From the NCBI GenBank assembly GCA_964016885.1, contig OZ024741.1:150846001-150910000 (forward strand): a stretch of 64,000 bases of DNA. The letters run 5' to 3'. The position numbers and the translations under genes were made by a program. Shown one piece after another: positions 29,197 to 42,439 of this stretch (positions are counted from its first letter, which is position 1; each line of letters starts with the position of its first letter). The DNA comes from Eledone cirrhosa. Its lineage: Eukaryota. The notes beneath the pieces are model-generated. The model did no database searches, was not told the DNA's origin, and saw only the letters and a list, made by a program, of their open reading frames with translations.

Positions 29197-31503
29197 GTCG
29201 TTGAGCAGGCGACCCTGCTTCCAGGGTGACCCCAGGCCGCGAACATTTAAACTTCCTACTCTTAATATGGCCATATTGGTAAGCTAAGAGAGAGAGAGGG
29301 AAGGTTTAATTACCTCCCGGGTCTTGTGAAGGTCGGGTGGTTCGACCTCCATGGTTGGTGGGGTTTCTTTTGGGAACCCCTTTAAAAGTCTTGATGTGGG
29401 TTTCACATTCGGGGTTCCCACGTCTTGAGGAAAGCTCTCTCGAATTTCTTTGAAGGAATTGAGTGACATTCGGACCAGAAGCAAATCTTCTGGCACGCAA
29501 AATGTGTTCATTTTAAAAATCTCCCCCTCTGTTTGAATGTCCTCGCTTCGCGCTAAGAGGGCCATCAGTTTATCGTTGGCCCTTCTGACAAGCACGAAGT
29601 TTTTAACATTTTGTTGGTGTGGTTTTATTTGTTTTCATTTTGGTGAAGGTGGTGGCGATGGTTTTGGTGGTGTTGTTTCGGGTATGTCTATGTTTGTTGT
29701 AGGTGTGGTGTCTGCAATTTCAGGTATTTGTGTGTTTATTTGTACTTGTGTTTGTTTAGGTTGTTTGCGTTTCGGGGATTGTGGAGGTGGTGTCGATGCT
29801 GCTGTTGGTGATGATGTTATTGGGGAAGTGTTTGCGTTAGTCGTGTCTGTATTTTTTGTTGTGTGTGTTTTTGTGTTTTGTTGGGGCTTTTTTTTTGTGA
29901 GTTTTCTCTGTTTTTTTTTGCACTTTGGGGTTTTCCTTCATCTTCGCTGCTGGAAGACAAAGGGTCTGTGTCTGTGAGTGTCTCTGTGTCTGTGTGTGCG
30001 CTTATTGTTTTGTCTATGTGTATAATTGAGGGGGGGTAGGGGGGTAGGGGGAGTGGGAGAGCTTTCCTCGTTTTCTCCTTGGATTGGTTTTGGTGTTGGT
30101 GGTGATCCGACTGCTTTTGATGTTGGTGTCCGTGTTTTTGTTGATGTTGTTTTTGGTGGTGGTGGTGGTGCAGCTTTCTGTGCTGACACTGGCGTTGGCA
30201 ACAAAGGAGGTTTGCGACCCCCTGCATTTTTGCGCTGAGGGCAGAAGGCTTGAAGATGCGTTGCGTCCCCGCAGACGAAGCAGCGTGGCCTTCTTCCGTC
30301 AATCATTAGTTGGATTGTTGTCCCGTCCTGCAGGCGGGCAAAATCCGGGATGTTATTCATATCCTCCGGTTTCATTTGGAGAAGAATCTCCAAATCCATT
30401 CCGGACCAGTCCTCTCTCTCTGTCCTTTTGATGTCCAGGAGGGTAGTGTCTATCCCCTCCTCGATTACGCATCCCAGCAGCCACCATAGGTTCATTCCTT
30501 GTGGGATGCTGGGAATGCGTACCTTCACTGTCCTTTTACCCATATAGGACGGATGCATGATAATGCGTTCCGTTCTGCAGGGGGTCACCGAGTGCTTAAT
30601 AGCGAGGGCCTCGGTTTTGAATAGTACCGAGATGGTACCGAACTGTTTGCCTCTTGCTTTGTACTCTATGTTACTTCCGATGTACTCCAAAGCAGCCTCT
30701 ACCTCTGCTTGGCTCGCAAGTTCCACTTTTCGTGTCTGCACCGAAATACATCGAAAGAGCACCGTCCTCCTTTGCATGGCCGCTATTGCCTCGTCCGGGA
30801 TGGTCAGGTTTTCCCAGGACTTCTCTCGTTTAATTAGCCTCCACGCTTTGGCCAACTGTTCGTCTTTATCGCTAATATCAATATCAATATTCAATAAGCG
30901 CTTTGTTTTTGCTGCTGCAGCAAATGTGGTGTTTCTGATGCTCTTATTGTTGTTGTTGTCATTCTTGGTGTTGCCACCGCCATCCTTGTTTACATTGAAG
31001 CTGTCGGCCTTATTGTCGTTATTGCTCTGAGTTGTTGTTGTTGTGGTGGTGGTGGTGGTGGTGGTGGTGGTGGTGGCGGTGGTGGTGATGTCGTTTTCAG
31101 ATGATACTGCTGCTATGGCAGAAGATTGTGATGGTAGCTTTTGAGTTTTGCCTTCACATTCAGTAGAGTGGATGACAGGCATGACTGTAGCCGTCGTAGT
31201 CGTGGTGAAATCTGCAGTGGCTGCCTTTAACTTTTGACCTGAACGTTGTTTACCGTTTCAAGGTCGAACATTTCCATAATTTTCTTTTGGTGGTGAAGCG
31301 ATTTTTTTCGAAGTTTTTAAAAATAAATCTGAATATTCGGGCTTAAAGCCCGAATATTGAGAGGTATCCCTATCTTTAAATCAAGATGTGTACCTTAAGT
31401 TTCGTTAATGACAAGAAAATACAAAAAAAAAGACACTTTAAAACAGCTTAAAGTTACGAACCTTTTCCCCCGCAGATTTGTATTGTCTTCACACATGTGC
31501 GGC
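29193..31503 (-). mobile_element. Tx1/L1-clade LINE 5' half: 5' UTR, ORF1 (frameshifted) and first 27 codons of ORF2
   Basis: ORF 29938-31182 has the gag knuckle CFVCGDATHLQAFC; ORF2 ATG at 29274 reads [27 protein letters not shown] (APE domain start). Confidence 0.9.
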
Positions 31504-31504
31504 G

Positions 31505-31567
<63 letters not shown>

Positions 31568-31569
<2 letters not shown>

Positions 31570-32361
31570 CCACAGACATGGAACTGGTTGAAAAGAGGAG
31601 ACCTCAAAAAGGCTACAGAAGGAATGCTAATGGCTGCGCAGGAGCAGGCCCTCAAAACGAAGTGGTTGAAGCACCATATCTACAAGGAGGAGGCTAGCCC
31701 ACTGTGCAGGATCTGTGGAGAGAGAGAGGAGACTGTGGCTCACATTGTGTCCGAGTGTAAACACCTAGCCCAGACCCACTATAAAGGCTGGAGACACGAT
31801 GTGATGGGCAGGGTGATCCACTGGCACCTGTGCAAAGTAAACAATTTACCACATTCTGAGAAATGGTATGAGCATAGGCCAGAGGCGGTGATGGAGAACA
31901 ATCAGGTGAAGGTGCTGTGGGATTTTAGGATACAGACGGACAAAAAACTGGAACACAATAGACCTGACCTGGTGGTTGTGGACAAAGAAAAAAGATCGTG
32001 TCTGATTGTGGATGTGGCCTGCCCGTTCGACACGAGAGTGCAAGAGAAGGAGAGGGAGAAAATTAACCGATACCAGGACCTAAAGTGGGAGGTGAAAAGG
32101 ATTTGGAACTGCCATGAAGTCAAAGTGATCCCGATTGTCATAGGCGCACTGGGGACTATCTCCAAAAGTTTCCAGGGATGGTTAAAGAAAATCGGCCCCT
32201 TCACGCTTTTTGGAACGCTTCAAAAGGCATGCTTGCTTGGAACAGCAAGAACCCTCCGATACGTCCTGAATATCTGAGGCTGCAGGTAGTGGCTTGATAT
32301 TCAATCCAACGGACTTTCCAGTTAACCAACATCAATGACTGAGATTCAAGGAATAACAACA

Positions 32362-32399
<38 letters not shown>
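31568..32399 (+). mobile_element. R4/Dong LINE family A, 5'-truncated (CCHC + restriction-like endonuclease) with (TAA)n tail
   Basis: CRICGEREETVAHIVSEC, RHD, RPDLVVVD...IVDVACP...KINRYQDL; stop at 32277; (TAA)n on both sides. Confidence 0.95.
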
Positions 32400-32400
<1 letters not shown>

Positions 32401-34457
32401 TTTTCTTTATTAACCACAAGGGTTCACATAAAGTAGACATTAAGGACAGTACAGGACAATACAGGACGGTACAAATGGGCATTTCTGCGTGTAAAAAAAC
32501 AGAGGTTGAAATAAAATAACAAAGAAAAATTCCCCAATAGGGGGGAGACTTCCAAGGGACATTTGTGGAGAAAGCCCATTAAAAGACCACAGTGGCCCTG
32601 ACCACCAGGGCAAGTGCCCTCTCCCAGTTTTCCACCTTTAATTTACAGACACATACTCAGAGAAGGCCCATTCATTCGGGCCATACTTGCTTCTCTCACC
32701 CATCTTTCAACAAAATGCTGGGAAGAGAGCACTTCCCTCTCTACCCTGATTTTCCTTTTCAAATGAAATTTGAAAAAGTTAATCAGGGCATCACCGAAGA
32801 GGTAAGTGCTCGTCTTCAGCCCTTTCAAACGTGTCCACCATACTATCTCTTTCGCCATGGCCACCAGACAGATAAAAACTGCCTGCCCTTCCAGGCTAAA
32901 GGAAGGGGGTGGGGCAATCCTCACGATGGACTCAGCTGATAGCTGGATCCGTCCTACACGTGACAGCAGGTGTTCGACATAAACCCACAAGTCAGCAATG
33001 CTCGGACACTGGACGAGTGCGTGCAGGACGGTTTCGTCGCCCTGCGCGCATCTCGGACATGCCCGGCTGACGGCACCTCCATGCCTGTAGAGTTTATCCC
33101 GAACTGGCAAAGCTCCTCGGTAGCACTGCCAGGCCAGGGATTTCTGGAAGTTGTCCATAGGCCCCGGCCCGAAAGTCCTTCCGAAGAGATTGGCTAGTTG
33201 ATTTTCGTCGACGCCTAGAGTTTCTCCAAGTACGTCGTCGCTCTTCCCCTCCACTAATCCCCTATAGAACGCCAAGGTGGAGTTTCCACCGATCACATTG
33301 CCCGATTGGTCGAGGGCTGTAAGCGCCTGAAGACATTCCAGTCTCCAAGCGCTCCCTCTCGGTCTTCGCTTGACCCAGGACTGCAGCTCCGTCAAGGAGA
33401 CGAGCTGGGGAAAAACGTGTCTTGCAAACGGCGACCACACCTGATCACCGTCGAGGAAGAGGTGGAGATGTCGTAGCCTGAGCGCGTGTCTGCGCATCAT
33501 CAGCCACGGCATGCCCAGCCCTCCACGTAGCGGGTGTTGACAGCAGATAGACCGCCTGACCATCGGAGCGCGTCCCTTCCACAAGAAGCGAAAGAGCAAA
33601 CGCTCCAGCGCAGTCAGGCGGGGCTTAGGACAAGGTACGACGGTCAGGCGGTAGTAGATGACGGATGCGATGTACGCATTCGCCACCTCCGCTCGACCTT
33701 TTAGGGATAGCTTCCTCTCGGCCCATTTCTGGGTGAGAGAAGCCACCCTGCTCGTCACCTCGTCCCAGTTTTTGTCCGTCTGGAGGTCTGGACCGAACCA
33801 GACCCCTAGCAATTTAACCGGTCCGTCCGTCCAGCGCCCGACGACGCTGTTGGACGGCATGGACCTGCCTCTCCAGGTGCCGAGCTGCAGGCCCACTGAC
33901 TTTTCCTGGTTGATCATTGCTCCTGTCACCGCTTCGTATTCTCTTAGTGTAGTGCCGATCGCCTCGATGTGTTTGGCGTTCGACACCACTACGGTGACAT
34001 CGTCGGCATATGCTGACACGGATCTTCCGCATCCTAGTTCGCGCGGGACCCCCCTCAACGTCTCCAGTTTGTGCAGTAATGGCTCGAGAGTCAATACGTA
34101 CAATAGGGACGAGAGGGGACATCCTTGGCGGACTGAGCGCATGATGTTGAACGGTTCCGAAAGGTGACCGTTCACTCTCACTACAGAGCAGATGTCGCTG
34201 TGCATGGCAGCGATCCAGCCTCTGAAGACGGGCCCAAAGCCAGCCGCCCTCAGGACTGCCGCTAGGTAACGATGGTCGACCCTATCGAAGGCTTTCGACT
34301 GATCTAAATTGATCAAAGACCCACCCGTGCCAGGTTCCCTAGCTACCCTCTCTACGATGTATCGCATGAGGTGGAGGTTGTCGTGGATGGATCTGTCGGG
34401 AATGGCGCATGTCTATGCCTCTCCCACCAGACCACCAACGACAAGCCCCAACCTCAA
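32400..34457 (-). mobile_element. Tx1/L1-clade LINE ORF2 3' part (RT + CCHC), 5'-truncated
   Basis: ORF 32643-34367: LDQSKAFDRV, VRQGCPLS, YADD, CPRCAQGDETVLHALVQC; AATAAA at the 3' end followed by (TTA)n. Confidence 0.97.
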
Positions 34458-34485
34458 TAATAATAATAATAATGATAATAATAAC

Positions 34486-37400
34486 TTGAAGGATGAAATT
34501 ATGATCGAATGGATGAAAATGAAAGAATCTGACATGGGGCAACGAAACACCCTCCCTAAGATCCAGAACTCCAAACAGAACCAAAAGATAATACACAAGA
34601 CTAACATAATTCTCAAAAACATTATCATCACAAACAAACTAAACATTACTGATTTAAATCATCTCTATTATGCATCGGCTAAAGTCACCACTCACTTATG
34701 TGGAGTGAAGATGGAAAAACAAAGGAATTCCCACAAGAAATCTACTTGGCAAGAGAACATCAATCGCCAAATAAACCTTCTCCGATCTGACATAGAAATT
34801 TTAACAAACTATAAAGTAGGTGAACATGTTAAATAAACTAAACTTAGAAAATTGAAAAGAAAGTACAGTATAAAATCAACAAGTGACATAGACATGTTGA
34901 TAGAAATAATCAAACAAAAAGTGTCGGCCAAAGCTGCTCGTATAAGGCGCTTTGAAAAACGATCTAGATTCTATAAGGACAATAATATGTTCAAAAACAA
35001 CCAAAGAAACTTCTACAGAAAAATTAGTAAGTCAACAATAACTGCTAAATCAATACCACCCAAGGAGGAAGTGCAAGAATTCTGGGAAAAGATCTGGGCC
35101 GAAGAAAAAGTTCATAACATACATGCCCCATGGATAGACAGACAAATGAAAGATACAGCTCACCTTGAGGAACAAATATGGGAAAATATAACAGTTGAAC
35201 AGTTGCGCTTGGCTCTAAGAAAAACCAGTAAATGGAAATCCCCAGGAAAAGACAAAATACAAAACTTTTGGATAAATGCCTTCACAGAGTCTCATGAGCT
35301 GTTAGCCCAACTTTACAATGAAATAGTTAAGGAGCCAGAAAAGATACCATCATGGCTAGTTAACGGCATTACATTCCTGCTTCAGAAGAATGATGAGACA
35401 AACAATCCCAAAAATTACAGACCGATAACTTGCTTGACCACAAGGTATAACATTTTAACATCAGTCCTAACTGAATACACATATGACCACCTGATAACAA
35501 ATGACCTATTTCCCATTGAGCAGAAAGGGTGTAAACGAGGCTCATATGGCTGTAAGGATCAGCTTCTGGTTAACAAAATGATACTGGAAGATTGTCATAA
35601 TAGACACAAAAATCTATCGATTGCTTGGATAGATTATAAAAAAGCATTCGATAGTTTGCCACACAGTTGGATTGAAAAATGTTTAGAGATTTTCAAAATA
35701 TCCCCCGTTGTCAGGAGGTTTTTGTCATTCAGTATGAAGACATGGAAAACGACACTCCTTTTGAATAGTGAAACAAAATCACTGGAAGCTGGAGAAGTTA
35801 ATATTAATTGTGGAATTTTTCAGGGTGACTCTTTATCACCGCTTTTATTCTGCATCGCACTTATACCATTAAGTAAAATGCTCAATGAAACAAAACATGG
35901 ATATAAAGTCTATGACAAAACCATTAATCACTTGTTCTACATGGATGACCTGAAACTATTTGCAAAAAATGATGAACAATTGCAAGGGCTATTATCCACT
36001 GTGGAGCAGTTCAGTGATGACATTAAAATGGAGTTTGGACTAGACAAATGCGACAAAGCAACGTTCACCAGAAGAAAGCTGCTGAAGAGTTCAGACATTA
36101 ATCTTGATCGGGGGAACGTGATAAGAGAAATCTATCAAGAAAAAACTTACAAATATCTAGGTGTTTGTGAAGGAGACGGTATCAAGCACTCGACAATGAG
36201 GGAAAGGATAAGGAAGGAATGTTACCGCAGAGTAAGAGCAATCTTAAGAACGGAATTGAATGCAAGGAATAGGATCGATGCCATAAACACGCTTGCCATA
36301 CCAGTAGTAACCTACAGTTACAATGTCATCAACTGGTCAAGCACAGAGATCCGTAGGCTCGATACAAAAATTCGAAAATTCTTAACCATGCACAGAATGC
36401 ATCACCCTAAGGCAGATATAGATAGAATATATCTCCCTAGGAAAGAAGGAGGACGTGGGTTAATCCAGTTAGACATTGCGTTGAAAACTGCAACAATTGG
36501 ATTATCTACATATCTAAGGGAATCACATGATTGGATGATCAAACTCGTTTTGAAACACGAAAGCATCAAAAGATCATATTCCATTACAAAAGATGCACAA
36601 AGATACAGTAATGGACTACAAATTTCAGAAGTCCCATTTACTGCTGAAATGGAAAACACAGAAAAAGCAAAGCAGGTAAAAGTAACTGCAAAGAAAGAAC
36701 TGCTACAGAAACTGGCTAAGAAATGGCAAGAAAAGCCTCTGTATGGAAAATACCCAGAGCGAGCTAACAATCCTGATGTTGACAAAACTTTAACCCATCA
36801 GTGGTTGGCATCCTCTGGACTGAAATCAGAGACTGAAGGACTGATTATATCAGCACAAGATCAGTGTCTGCCAACAAAAAATTACCAAGCCAACATAATA
36901 AAAAATGGATGCAGCCCATTATGCCGTGTATGCAAAAAACAACCAGAGACCATTGACCATATAATTTCAATGTACAGTCCTATAGCTCCAACCGAATACC
37001 TAAACAGGCATGACAGAGCTGCACAATACATACATTGGATAATGTGTAAGCATTTTGACCTGCCCCATCAAAAGAATTGGTGGGAGCATCAACCACCTCC
37101 CATACTTGAAAAAGATCACATCTCAATCTTGTGGAACTTTAGCACCCAAACAGACCGAAAAATAGATGCAAATAGACCTGATATAATATTGAAGGACTTC
37201 AAAAAGAGGGTATGCCTGCTAATTGATATGTCTGTTCCAATAGACAAGAATGTATCTATAAAAACATTTGAAAAATTGAGCAAGTATAAGGACCTGGAGA
37301 TAGAAATTGGAAAAATGTGGAAATTGAGATCTAAAACAATACCAGTGGTTGTAGGCGCTCTGGGAATGATACCTAAGGGGTCTAATGATTACTTATCGCA

Positions 37401-37651
37401 AATCCCAGGAAACGCGCGTATAGGAGAAATACAAAAGATAGTACTAATGGGAACTGCCCATATACTAAGGAAGATTCTGTCAATATAAGTACATCACAAG
37501 TCTAAACACTAAAGATGCATGTGTGAGTATGTATGTTCTTTCTTGAACATGGCGGACCTTGTTGTCTCTTGAGGTCACTGGTTGTGACTTGGTGATAACT
37601 CGTATGAACATAAAGCAAGATAAATGCAGGTGTAATAATAATAATAATAAT
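34486..37651 (+). mobile_element. R4/Dong LINE family B, 5'-truncated, 878-aa RT+RLE ORF
   Basis: ORF 34852-37488: [54 protein letters not shown]; in-frame stop at 34834; (TAA)n on both sides. Confidence 0.97.
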
Positions 37652-38273
37652 AGGGAAGATACGCACATGGTGGATAGGGTATTATGGAATCGCTCCCGTA
37701 AGTTTTTGATTTTTTACATATTTAAAATAATTGTGATAGAATAATTCTTATTACAAATGAAATGTAAGATATCAGTCAATACTCTCAGGAAGTGGCAACG
37801 CATCACATTACGGCATAGGGCTCCAATATTTAATATTTAATTTAATATTTAATTTTGTACCAGAAATTTTATAGTCAGAAAAGAAAATGGCTAGAAAGCA
37901 ACAGCCAAATAACTTCACCACCAGCACCACCACCACCGCCGCCGCCACCATCACCATCACCACTACCACAAAAAATCTAGCCAAATACAAACCAGCACCA
38001 TCCCTACAGTACTGCTTCCCCATCACCACCGCCACCAATGCATCATCGCTACCGCCACTATTCCCTTACTACTTAAGAGAGGAGTGGTGGTGCCGCTACA
38101 CATGAAAAGAAGCGAGGAAGGTATCAAAAGATATAAATAGACTGGGTTAGTGACTAGGTCAAACAGCTAACAACAACAACAACAACACCAAAATAATTAT
38201 GTTGTTGTATCTCTAAACTCTCTCAAAATGTTTAGTTTAAACGATGTCAAATCTAAACTATAATATAATAATA

Positions 38274-38360
38274 ATAATTGCTTCTGCTTTTGGCACGGGG
38301 CCAGCAATTGTCCCGGTGTGTTGCAGGTGCTTTGTGGTGTCGGCCCCGTAGGGATGAAAG
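38274..38360 (-). mobile_element. SINE S1 3' fragment with A-to-G hypermutation on the + strand
   Basis: Aligns by eye without gaps to the copy at 42627, and closely to 44790. Confidence 0.8.
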
Positions 38361-38689
38361 TAAAAAAATTATAGAAAAAATTATAGTCGAAAAATTATAG
38401 AACAGAACACAGGCAGAAGCAAACACAACAAACACAAATTTCAAAAGTTTTGAACACAACAACCCCTACTTCACTTAGCAGCAGCAGCAACAACAACACT
38501 AGTAACCGATGTCACTGGCCTTGTAAAACGTAAAACGCAATGGAGAAATCAAACAAAAAAAGAAAAAAAAAAAGGAAAAAAAAACTAAGTCAGACATTCA
38601 AACATTACAATGAAACTTGTGTTTTTTTTTTGTTTTTTTTTAGGTTTTTATCTATTTGTTTGTTTGTTTATTTATGTTCGTCTACAGCG

Positions 38690-41600
38690 TGATGATGCCA
38701 CGCTAAAATCACCGGGGGTGATGAAATCACTGGGGGTGATGAAATCACCGGTAGTTATGTTACCATACATTCACCAATCCTCGATATGAGTGCTTAAATG
38801 TCGGACCTAAACAGTTCGAATAACGGTGAAGTGGAGACTGGAATGTCATGTGACAGACTCTCACCCAGCAGGTGCTCCCTGGTCCAGCACAGGGACCTGG
38901 CTGTCATCCAAATACTGCTGGTGTTGGAGGAAGAAGCAGAAGGAAAGTGACCAGAACCAACTGGACGAAAGAATTGAATAGAACTGTTATGCAATGTTAC
39001 CTGAAGAGTAACCCCAAGGAAAAAGGCTATAGGAAACGGATGCATAACATCTGGAACGAGATTGGTCTATTTAAATTAGATGAAATAATTATTGGCCGAG
39101 CAGGCTCGGGTAATAAGAACTAATGGGTGGATAAGCGAGCTGAAACTGGAGGAACTGAGCAGACAGATTAGGTTGGAAATGGAGAGTGGAGTATGCCAGG
39201 CAAACGAGCCAGTGGGAAATGAAGGTGAAGAGGTTGAGAGAACGGAGGAAGCATCCGAAGCAGACAATGATCTGAATGCTGAAATAAATAATACCGGGAA
39301 CATAGATACGGCCATTGAGGAAATGGATGCTGACGGGCTAGGACAAGATTTGGTTGATATCCTAAACTTAGTGGTAGATGAAATGAACAATGATAGTGGG
39401 AAACCTATGAATCTAAGATTTGTAGACAGGAAAAAGTTAAAAGAAACAACAGCTAAGGTAAACAAAGTCATCCCATACCTTGAGGCGAGGAGCCTTCACT
39501 AGTGCAACAATATCCTCAAAGCAACAGCAAATGCGGTGAGGAAATTACTTGGCATAAAAACGAGAGGAAACAACAAACAAGAAAGATCAGAACCTTGGTC
39601 GAAGAAACGACTGAATGGTCAAATCAGGGAAATGAGAAATGACATTGGAAAGCTTGAGTCCCTACTGGGACACTAAAAAACATAGACACTAAAAATAGAT
39701 TGGAAATAAAGTACAAAACTAGGAGGAAAAAGCTAAATATTATCATAGAGGAACTGAAACAACGCATTGTAGCAAAGAGTGCAAAAATCAGGCGATACGA
39801 GAACAGAGTCAGTCAGTATAGACAGAACCGCATGTTTGACAACAACCAGAAGATGCTGTTTGGACAGCTTGAAGAGAAAGAAAGAGGCAACGACTTGATC
39901 CCTGAGGCGGAACAAACTAAGACATTCTGGAGAGGAATATGGGAGCAGGATATTAAACATAATGACCAGGCAGTGTGGATTGAGGCAGTACAAAAGGTGA
40001 TTAGTGAACAGGCACACCAGCAAACTGATTTGAGTATCACGGCTGAAACTCTTAAAGGGCAGGCCAGAAAACTAACCAACTGGAAATCACCAGGCCCAGA
40101 TGGTGTGCAGGGGTATTGGATTAAAAATATAACATCCCTCCACCCGTAACTGACAACCATGTTCAATGACTGCTTGATGTCAGGTGAGGTACCAGAATGG
40201 TTGACACAAGGTACCACAGTTCTGGTAATGAAAGACCGAATAGAGAGTAATGATGTTACCAACTATAGACCTACCACATGTCTGTCCGTAATGTGGAAAC
40301 TGTTGACAAGCATTGTGTCTGAGGAAATCTACCATCACCTCCACACAAACAACTTGTTACCGGACGAACAGGAAGGATGCCGAAAGAAGTCCCGTGGTAC
40401 AAAGGACCAGTTACTTATTGATAAGATGGTAATGAGGAATTGCAAGAGGAGACACACTGGTCTTACCATGGGATGGATAGACTACAAAAAGGCATTTGAC
40501 ATGGTGCCTCATTCTTGGATCACCAAAAGCCTAGAGATCTTCAAGGTGGCAGATAACATCAGACAGTTGTTGAGCAAAAGTATGAAGTCCTGGAAAAGAG
40601 AATTAACATCGCCTAGAGAATCCTTGGGAGGCGTGAAGATCAAGAGAGATATCTTCCAGGGAGATGGTCTGTCCCCTATCTTGTTTGTCCTTGCCCTGAT
40701 GCCCCTGACCATTATACTGCAAAACGTGAGAGCATGATACAAGTTTGGAAAGGGAGAGCATACCATCAATCACCTCCTCTTCATGGATGATCTTAAGCTC
40801 TCCGGGAAGAGTGAGAAGGAGTTGAATGTGCTTGTTGACACTGTCCGTATTTTCAGCAATGATATATGTATGCAATTTGGTATTAGTAAGTGTGGAGTCC
40901 TTGTGATGAAGAGGGGTAAATTGAGCAGAAGCAACGGAATCCAGGTACCAACAGGTGAGATGATAAAGGAAATTGACACTGAAGAAGGCTACAAATATTT
41001 AGGTGTTCTGGAGGCAGATGACATCAAGAACAAAAAAATGAAGGAATTGATAAGATCTGAATACATTCGGAGAGTAAGGGGCGTATTAAAATCACATCTG
41101 AACAGTAGGAATGCCATAAGTGCAGTAAATTCCCGAGCTGTGTCTATTATTAGGTACAGTGCGGGAATTCTGAGATGGAATGTTGCTGAACAAAAAGAAA
41201 TGGATAGGAAGACTAGGAAGCTATTGACTATCTACAACATGTTCCACAAGAGGAGTGATGTCGATAGACTCTACTTAAGGAGATCTGAAGGTGGAAGAGG
41301 TCTTATCAGCATAGAGGACTGTGTTCAGATGGAGAAAAAACAACCTACACAAATACGTGACTGATAGTAGGGAGCCAATGCTCAGAATTGTACTGAAGGA
41401 GAGGACAATAGACCAGGGGATGTCCAAGGAGGAAATAACAACAAGGAGAAAGAGCAACCTTCATGAAAAATCCATTCATAGTACCTTCTTTGAGAAAACT
41501 GAATTCAGAGATCCGCAGACATGGAACTGGTTGAAAAGAGGAGACCTTAAATAGGCTACAGAAGCAATGCTAATGGCTGCGCAAGAGCAGGCCCTCAAAA

Positions 41601-42299
41601 CGAAGTGGCTGAAACACCATATTTACAAGGAGGAGGCTAGCCCACTGCGTAGGATCTGTTGAGAGAGAGAGGAGACTGTGGCTCACATTGTATCCGAGTG
41701 TAAACACCTAGCCCAGACTCACTATAAAAGCTGGAGATATGATGTGATGGGCAGGGTGATCCACTGGCATCTATGCAAAGTAAACAATTTACCACATTCT
41801 GAGAAGTGGTATGAGCATAAGCCATAGTCGGTGATAGAAAACGATCAGGTGAAGGTGCTGTGGGGTTTTTAGGTGCTGTGGAACACAATAGACCTGAACT
41901 GGTGGTTTTGGACAAGGAAAAAAGATCGTGCCTGATTGTAGATGTAGCCTGCCCATTTGACACAAGAGTGCAAGAGAAGGAGAGTGAGAAAATTAACCGA
42001 TACCAGGACTTAAAGTGGGAGTTAAAAAGGATTTGGAACTGCCATGAAGTCAAAGTGGTCCCGATTGTCATAGGCGCACTGGGTACTATCTCAAATAGTT
42101 TCCAAGGATGGTTAAAGAAAATTAGTTCCGCCCCGCTTTTTGGAACACTTCAAAAGGCATGCTTGCTGAGAACATCAAGAACCCTCCGATACGTCCTGAA
42201 TATCTGAGGCTGCAGGTAGTGGCTTGATATTAATTTCAACAAACTTTCCAGTTAAATAACATCAATGACTGAGACTCAAAGAACAATAATAATAATAAT
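38690..42299 (+). mobile_element. R4/Dong LINE family A, near full length, pseudogenised
   Basis: N-terminal WTKELNRTVMQCY...GYRKRMHNIW; RT motifs DYKKAFD, IFQGDGLSP, FMDD; RLE C-terminus; many stops and frameshifts; (TAA)n tail. Confidence 0.95.
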
Positions 42300-42405
42300 G
42301 ATTTCATTTATTGGCCACAACGGCCGACATGTAGGGGACATACAAAGACACGTACAGTGGAGGTTTACAACAAGCTCGAGTAAAAGTGCACAATAGCAAC
42401 ACCAA
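42300..42405 (-). mobile_element. short 3'-terminal fragment of a Tx1-like LINE
   Basis: Reverse complement ...gttgtggccaataaatgaaatcattatt is homologous to the Tx1 3' end at 32400-32455. Confidence 0.65.
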
Positions 42406-42439
42406 TTTAATAATAAAAATATAAAAATAAAATATATGA

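Noticed and set aside
34852-37488. 878-aa ORF as an active LINE or domesticated gene
   Set aside because: 5'-truncated, in-frame stop at 34834, last Cys of the CCHC lost (HIISMY), non-ATG start
37652-38270. Thr-rich ORF 37887-38105 as a Tx1 ORF1 fragment
   Set aside because: The similarity is low-complexity only; no diagnostic motif
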